This document shows positions 55,914 through 64,000 of a stretch of DNA of 64,000 nucleotides, in pieces (the first letter of the stretch is position 1; each line of letters starts with the position of its first letter). The DNA comes from the human T2T-CHM13v2.0 reference genome, Homo sapiens. Where the stretch lies: NCBI RefSeq assembly GCF_009914755.1, contig NC_060934.1; one strand, given 5' to 3'. Under the pieces are notes generated by a model. The model worked only from the letters and a program-made list of their open reading frames with translations. It was not told the origin of the DNA and made no database searches. A program made the translations under genes and the position numbers.

Positions 55914-57517
55914 GCCTCAGGGAACCCTCAAAACCATGCAAATACATGGAAATTAAATAATCTGCTCCTGAGTGATTGAAGGATCAACAATGAAATCAAG
56001 ATGGATATTAAGAAACTCTTTGAACTGAATAATGAGAGTGGTATTACCTATCAAAACCTCTGGGATACAACAAGAGTGGTGCTAAGAGAAAAGTTCATAG
56101 CATTAATGCCTATATCAAAAAGTCTGAAAGAGCACAAATAGACAATCTAAGGTCATACCTCAAGGAACTATAGAAACAAGAACAAACAAAACTCACAGCC
56201 AGCAGAAGAAAAGAAATAACAAAGATCAGAGCAGAACTAAATGAAATTGAAAAAAAAAACAAAAAACAAAAACAGAAAACATAAATGGAACAAAAAGCTG
56301 TTTCTTTGAAAAGATAAAATTCATAGACCATTAGTGAGATTAACCAAGAAAAGAATAGAGAAGATACAAATAAGCTCAATTAGAAATGAAACAAGAAATA
56401 TTACAACTGATACTACAGAAATACAAAAGATCATTCAAGGCTACTATGAACACCTTTACACGCACAAACTAGAAAACCTAGAGGAGACGGATAAATTCCT
56501 GGAAAAATACAACCTTCATAGATTAAACCAGGAAGAAATAGAATCTGAACTGCCCGATAATAAGCAGTGATACTAAAATGGTAATAAAAAATTGGCAACA
56601 AAAAATGTCCAGGACCAGATGGATTCACAGCTGAATTCTATCAGACATTAAATAAAGAATTGATACCAATTCTATGGAAATTATTCTAAAAGATAGAGGA
56701 AGAGAGAATCCTCCCTAAATCATTCTTTGAAGCCGGTATCTCCCTAATACTAAAAACAGGAGAGGACATAACATCAACAACAACAACAAAAAAAAACTAC
56801 AGACCAATATCCCTGATGAACATAGATGCAAAAATCCTCAACGAAATATTAGCTAACTGAATCCAACAGCATATCAAAAAGATAATCCACCATGATCAAG
56901 TGGGTTTCCTACCAGGGATACAGGGATAGTTTAATATATGCAAGTCAATAAATGTGATACACCACAGAAACAATTAAAAACAAAAATCACATGATCATCT
57001 TAATAGACGCAGAAAAAAAATCATTTGACAAAATCCAACACCCCTTTATGATTAAAACCCTCAGCAAAATTGACATAGAAGGAACATACCTTAGGGTAAT
57101 AAAAGCCACCAATGACAAACTGACTGCCAACATTATACTGGATGGGAAAATGTTGAAAGCATTTCTCCTGATAACTGGAACAAGACAAGGATATCCACTT
57201 TCACCATTTCTATTCAACATAGTAGTGGAAGTCCTAGCCAGAGCAATCAGATAAGGGAAAGAAATAAAGGGCATCCAAATAGGTAAGCAGGAAGTCAAAC
57301 TGTCACTGTTTGCCAATGATATGATCATATACCTAGAGAACCCTAAAGACCCATCCAAAAATCTCCTAGATATGATAAATAAATTAAGTAAAGTGTCAGG
57401 ATACAAAATCAATGTGCACAAATCAGCAGTGCTGCTATACATCAACAGCAACCACTCTGAGAATCAAATCAAGAACGCAACCCGTTTTACAATAGCTGCA
57501 AAACAAAATTAAAATCT

Positions 57518-57914
<397 letters not shown>

Positions 57915-58365
57915 TTATAGATCACGCAAAGAAATGGAAACACATCTCATGCTCATGGATGGGTAGAATTAATATTGTGAAAATGACCAGACTGCCAAAA
58001 GCAACCTACAAATTTGGTGCAATTTCCATCAAAATACCACCATCATTCTTCACAGGACTAGAGAAAAACAATCCTAAAATTCATATGGAACTAAAAAAGA
58101 GCCCGCATACCCAAAGCAAGGCTAAGCACAAAGAACGAATCTGTAGGCATCATGTTACCCGACTTCAAACTATGCAATCCCATACACTTTCTCAACAATT
58201 TCTCCCCTCCTTACCTCCCACACTCCTTCCTGATACATTTACTGAGTTAATGTAAAGATTGAATTATTTAGTTAGCCCTATTGGCTGCTACACGTATTCC
58301 CTCTGGTTCAAGGTGGGAAAGAAAAAGCAGGAGAATAAAAGAGAGGTATTAGGATCTAAAATTTA

Positions 58366-58557
58366 CCATATAATATGGTAGCCACTAGCCAAATTTAAAT
58401 TAATTAAAACCAAATATAATTAAACATTTAGTTCTTCAGTAGCACTAGCCACATTTCATGTGTTCGATAGACACCTATGGCAAGTAGCTACCAAGTAAGA
58501 TATAGCATAGATTATAGATCGTTTCATTTTTGTGAAATACTCTATCAAGCAGCCCTG
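58366..58557. mobile_element. MER3/MER33-type hAT-Charlie relic
   Basis: 'aatatggtagccactagcca...tagcactagccacatttca'. Confidence 0.75.
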
Positions 58558-59639
58558 AGACAGAACATAATAAACATCAGCCTTATTTCCCACCTGTATT
58601 TCAATTAATTTAAGGACTATTACAACATAGTCAGAAAATGGAATATCAAAATACCATTACTATTATTATGGATAAACTTGATATTAGAGGATATGGTTTT
58701 TGTCTGTGGGCAAATATGCTTATCTATCCAGATTTACCCATACAGACAGGGTAAAGATGAACTGGGACAGCTTTCCTTATTGGTAGAGAGATAGAGCCTA
58801 CCATGGAAAAATGTCTGAGACTTGTGGAAGGTGATCCAACAAGGAAGAAAAGTCAACTAATTTGTTTTACCCTAATAACATCAATCAGACTGTTCACTCA
58901 GCTCTTTTGGAGCAGAATGAGCAAAGTAACAGAACCAGAACATCACAATCACCAATCTCCTTTCCTGTGGAAGAAAACAGACTTGTAGAAATGATGTCCC
59001 TTAAAGAGAAGATAAAACAATACCCCCAGACTTTCATTATCTAGGATAAATTGTAAGTTCTTTGGGACTCTAGGATGAAATCTTCCCTAGCAGTGTGTCT
59101 TGAGATGCAATTTCCATCAAAATACCACCATTGTTCTTCACAGAACTAGAAAAAACAATCCCAAAATTGATATGGAACTAAAAAAGAGCCCTCATAGCCA
59201 AAGCAAGACTAAGCAAAAAGAACAAATCTGGAGGCATCACGTTACCCGACTTCAAACTATACGATCCCATACACTTTCGTAAGTTTCTCCCCTCCCTTAA
59301 ATAGAAGATAAAATAGTACCCCAGACTTTCATCCTGTATGATAAATTGTAAGTTCTTTTGGGCTCTAGGATAAGATCTTCCCTAGCAGTGTGTCTTGAGA
59401 TAATGATTCTTTTAAGCTCTTAAAGTGGTGGATGAGGTAGCCAGCACTTCTGGATAATTGTTATCTGCTTCTAAGCTACTTCATCCTGGGCTTTATTCCA
59501 CTTTGAAAAAAAAGTTTAAAAAGATTGGTTGATCATGAAACTATTCTGTGTGTGACAATGAGAAAAGCCATTAACATGGCACCCAACATCTTTCATTAAA
59601 TCCAAAGGCCCTCTATATTCTATCTCTCTCTCTATAAGA

Positions 59640-59871
59640 CCTTCCCTTTCCTTCCTTTCCCTTCCCTTCCCTTCCCTTCCCTTCCCTTCCCTTCCCTTCC
59701 CTCCTCTCCCTTCCCCTCCCCTCCTTTCCTCCTTTCCTCATTTCCTTTCTTTCCTTCTTTCCCTCCCCTTCCCTCCCCTTCCATCCCCTTCCCTCCCCCC
59801 TTCCCCCCCCTTCCCTTCTTCTTCCCTCTCCCCCACCTCCCTCTTTCTTTCTCTCCCTCCCTTCCTCCTCC
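59640..59871. repeat. Polypyrimidine tract with (CCCTT)n
   Basis: About 230 bp almost entirely C/T. Confidence 0.97.
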
Positions 59872-61144
59872 ATGGTACCTGTTTTTTGTATGTGCAGATA
59901 GCCTTTATGTCAAACTAAAATTTGTTTCTGGGAATGGCTTATCTAGTATTGGGCCATTTCTTATAGTTGACATATTTGGTTTTATCTTCAGTACTCTGAC
60001 CAATCAGAGTGTAATTTTTGTTCTTCCTTTCTTGGTTCCATATAGTGGCTCATAGCAAAGATTGCCACACTTTTCTTCTTCCACAAGCATGTTCCTCCCT
60101 CTTATTTTGGACTACCAGCTTCTTCTAGAACCTGTGGTAAGAATAACTTGTTATAAAATTAATTCAGAAGCATCCATTTCTGAATTATTTATCACAATAT
60201 ATGGCACTTTAAAATTTATCATCTTATCTTTTTCTCTGTTTTATACTGCAACCTTTTTAAGTGCAACTACATTCTCTTATAAGTATGTCCTCAGAGTTCT
60301 AACATGAATCAGATGAACATTAATTAAATTATGAATTAAATTAGACTAGGTGGTTTTAGACAATTTGAGACACCATAGCAGTGATAGACTTTGAGTCCCA
60401 TTAGGATTTTAATATGCCCCTTTAGTCAAAAATTGCTTCTGGAGCTAGACTGACTAAATTGAATCCTGGCTTCTTCATCTACAAGGTGTATGACCCTGGA
60501 CCACTTACTTAAGCTCTCATATTCCTCACACTAAATTAATGATAATGTTGCCTATTTACCGCATACAGTTGGTAAGTTTAATTGAGCCTATCATGTAGAA
60601 CATGATGAGGGGCACACTGGAGATGCTGAAAAAGTAGATTATTTTGTTTCGTTGAACAATTTACATATACATATTTAAAATCATTTTAAGATTGCCCTAT
60701 TATCTCTAGTTCCTCAGGTGTGAATTCCTCACCTTAGTGGCCTATGGATTATATTCCTTGATGATAGACTGCTTTTTGTGTTTTGTAACTTTTGCCTTAA
60801 GCACATCTTCTGTGAAAGTTGTCTTTCTTGGAGACTAAGCATACCTTCAGCTGTGGAAGCTTTCCTAACAGATGGGTTTTTATAGCTGCTACAGCCTGGC
60901 CTCTATGTTAGTCTTTCACCTCAGGGACTTTCTACAGCTCATTACTCACCCTTATTCATGGCAGTCTAAGGATTCTGGTTTTATTTATTTTTTTTGGTGG
61001 GGTTGGGGGTGAGGGGAGAGATAAATCTGTTTTTGATTGATCACAGTTTCATGTAGGCCAATTGCCTCTTGTTTTCCCCCAGGACTAGTGGGGTAGAGAA
61101 TTTTTAATCCTTCTTCCAGATTGGGCAGAGATTTTCTTCTTTTT

Positions 61145-61335
61145 TATGCCAGTTACCAGCTATGTAATCTTGGGTAAGTTAATTTACCCTTTCCTACTCC
61201 AGTTCCTTCAAGGTGAGGTATAATAATAGTATATATCTCATAGGTTTTTGTGAGGATTAAATAATTTGATATACATAAGGTGCTTAGAGTGGTGTCTGTA
61301 ATATATTAAATGTTATTTAATTGTTACTTACTACT
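61145..61335. mobile_element. MIR
   Basis: 'ttaccagctatgtaatcttgggtaagttaattta...ctcataggtttttgtgaggattaaataa'. Confidence 0.75.
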
Positions 61336-62074
61336 GTTATTCTTATGTAGACAATAAACCTCAGCCCCTATCATATTGAGAATGTATATTATCTTGGATG
61401 TATTAGATTCATCTTTATGACTATATTTTCTACTTGCCTTTTTATAAATTGAATTTCTGTTTTAACGTTTTTGCTCTTGAGTGTATATATCTATTTTAAA
61501 ATTTAAAACACCTTTACCAAGTATTTATTTATGTTTGGAGAGTGTAAGTGTGTGTTAAAGGTAGGTCAAGTAGATGGGAAGAATTCCTATATCAACTTAG
61601 TCTACTATCTTGACCCAAAGTCATAGCTTCTGATACTTGTTCTTATTACAGATGTTCTTTTTGTTATTATTACTGGACTCGCCTCATCTCTAACACTGCA
61701 AAGTATGTTGTATGAGTTAGGATTCTTTACATCATAAGTCACACACACACACACACACCCCAAACCAAAATGCCTTAATCAAATAGGGAATTTATTAGTT
61801 CATGTAACAAAGTCAAAAGGGAGATTATTAACTCAGCTATATTTGGACTCAAAATATACCACAATTCAGATTTTCTTAATCTTTAAAGTCTGTTTCTGTG
61901 AATTGATTTTTTTGTCAACACACACTTCTTGCATATCGTGACAAATGGTAGTAGTATTCTCAGCCTACATTTAAGCATGTTTAAGCACAGTGGCATCTCA
62001 GAAAATTATCATTATATTTCATTGATCTTATTGGGTTAGGATCCCATTACTCAGGAAATCAGTGTGAGGTAAGT

Positions 62075-62312
62075 GAAAGTAATTTGAACAACAATAAAGG
62101 AAATTAATGAATCTATAAACTGATTATTTGAAAAGATAAATAAAATTTATAAACATCTAGCTAGCAGGTCAAAAAAGAGAGAGAGAGAAGATAAACAACA
62201 TCAAAAATGAAAGAGGGGATATATCTTCAGATCCCATAAACATTAAAAGGATAGAAAGGAAGTATTATAAACAACTTTATGCCTATTCGTTTGATAACTT
62301 TCATGAAATGGA
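62075..62312 (+). mobile_element. Old L1M ORF2 fragment
   Basis: 'tttgaaaagataaataaaatt...aaaatgaaagaggggatatatc...aacaactttatgcc...gaaatggac'. Confidence 0.75.
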
Positions 62313-63446
62313 CATCAAAGTTTTTTGTACTAATACCACTAGGCAGCTTCTCAAATTACTGGTGCATTAATTTGTGAAGTTAAGATAAAAAGGTTCTCTC
62401 CTGTGTTTACAGGGCAACTTATAAATCCAGTATTAGAGCATTTGAAGAATGTGTAATCCCCTTCTCCTTTCCTGGATTATCTCTTAGCAATATATATTTC
62501 TGTGAAAGAAAATTTCTCTCATGTTCAGTGACATCTTTTCTGATGTCACTTTTTTCTTCAGAAACTGTTTTCATTAAGCTGGTGCTCTTCCTATTGATAA
62601 TGTGCTTGTAAGAACTGTTTGTAATAAAGGTTTATAATAACTGATGAGGGATACCATATTGTATATTATTGATTTTATTATGTTCACCATCATTGTTCTG
62701 AAGTTTTGAAATATTTATTTTCCAAAATTATAACAAGGAATGTATATGAGTAAAATTTTTTTTCTGTCCACGACTGCCACCATCTTGTTAAGCCACCATT
62801 TTTATTTGCTTTTCTCCCAGGTTCTCCCAAATCCTCTCCACCACCTACCATCAACCCTTGAAAACCTTACTACTATTATCTCTTGCAAAGCAAGCTAACT
62901 CTTTTTAGTTCATATGGCTTTATCTTTATCCATTCAGTGTCTTTTTTGATGTAAGTAGTCAACATCTGATGCTGAATATAAGGAATGCAGTTTATATTTT
63001 CCTAAGTTGAAAAAAAGTCCTTACTTTGAGTTACTTTTCTTCAAACCTAGAAAGATATTTTTATTTAAATAGGGTAATTGAAGTGGTATTTATTTTGGAG
63101 TCCAGCAGGGCTTTGAGGTATTTAAAGAATAAGATAATAAAATGATCTAGGAAGTTAATAAATTGTAATTACCTCTACTCTCCTAAGAGTAGAGGTCTTA
63201 TTTTAATGTATAAAAGTTGGTCCAGTGTAACAATTGTGTGAATAATGGTGATAGTTGATATCTGTTATTACTTGGTCTTGTATTTTAACATTATATCTTA
63301 AACATTTTCCAGAATGGAAAAGAGCATATTTCTATTATTTCCTGTATTTCCTTTTGCTATGAAATGTAAAAAAAAAATACAAAGACAAAATAATTGTTAT
63401 CCAAAATTAACCCTTATTAATGTTTTATTATATTTTCTTCAAGTTT

Positions 63447-64000
63447 CTTTTTTTGAAATTTTACATTCAAGGTTACATGTGCAGGATGTGCAGGTTTGTT
63501 ACATAGGTAAATATGTGCCATAGTAGTTTGCTGCTTCATGTGTGTTGTTCTCCCTGTGTCCATGTATTATCATTATTCAGCTCCCACTTGTAAGTGAGAG
63601 CATGTGGTGTTTGGTTTTCTGTTCCTGCATTAGTTTGCTGAGAATAATGATTTCCAGCTCCATTCATGTCCCTTGCAAAGGACATGATCTCATTCCTTTT
63701 TATGGGTGCATAGTATTCCATGGTGCTTATGTACCACATTTTCTTTATCCAGTCTATCATTGATGGGCATTTGGGTTGACTCCATGTCTCTGCTATTGTG
63801 TATAGTGCTGCAATGAACACATACCTGCATGTATCTTCTTGTAATTTTTATTTTTTTAATAATAGAATGATTTACACTCCTTTGGGCATATACCCAGTAA
63901 TAGGATTGCTGGGTCAAATGGTATTTCTGGTTCTAGATCTTTGAGGAATTCCCACACTGTCTTCCACAATAGTTGAACTAATTTACATTCCCACCAACAG
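63447..64000 (-). mobile_element. L1PA (mid-age) 3' end, runs off window
   Basis: 'acatgtgcaggatgtgcaggtttgttacataggtaa' 3'UTR and ORF2 C-terminus MFIAALYTIAETWSQPKCPS. Confidence 0.93.

Noticed and set aside
59613-59873. 86-aa Gly/Glu/Arg/Lys-rich ORF
   Set aside because: Artefact of the purine-rich simple repeat.

Overview
AT-rich primate genomic DNA, probably human or another catarrhine (AluJ/S/Y, L1PA/PB, MER11, MER41). I find no intact protein-coding gene; nearly all ORF-track hits are Alu/L1/LTR read-throughs or antisense shadows. Roughly half the window is transposon-derived: about 15 Alus, a TSD-bounded LOR1 (ERV1/MER4-group) provirus inserted in MER96B and carrying a MER11 LTR, a MER41A solo LTR inserted in a Tigger2 terminal repeat, an internally deleted L1PB, a twin-primed L1PB, and L2/MIR/MER5/MLT relics. 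The main discovery lies in the unique DNA from <1 to ~44.1 kb: about 20 plus-strand segments bounded by polypyrimidine-AG acceptors and GT donors. Several join in compatible phase and read as protein-like but carry stops and frameshifts, ending in a plausible last exon (stop 43803-43805, AATAAA 44065-44070). This looks like the 3' portion of a large, long-dead spliced (unitary-type) pseudogene. Several exons show repeated RGS-homology-like motifs reminiscent of RGS22/RGSL1, and the end is death-fold-like. That family call, and all repeat family names, come from recalled motifs and consensus sequences and need database confirmation. Several short-range template-switch duplications are also visible.
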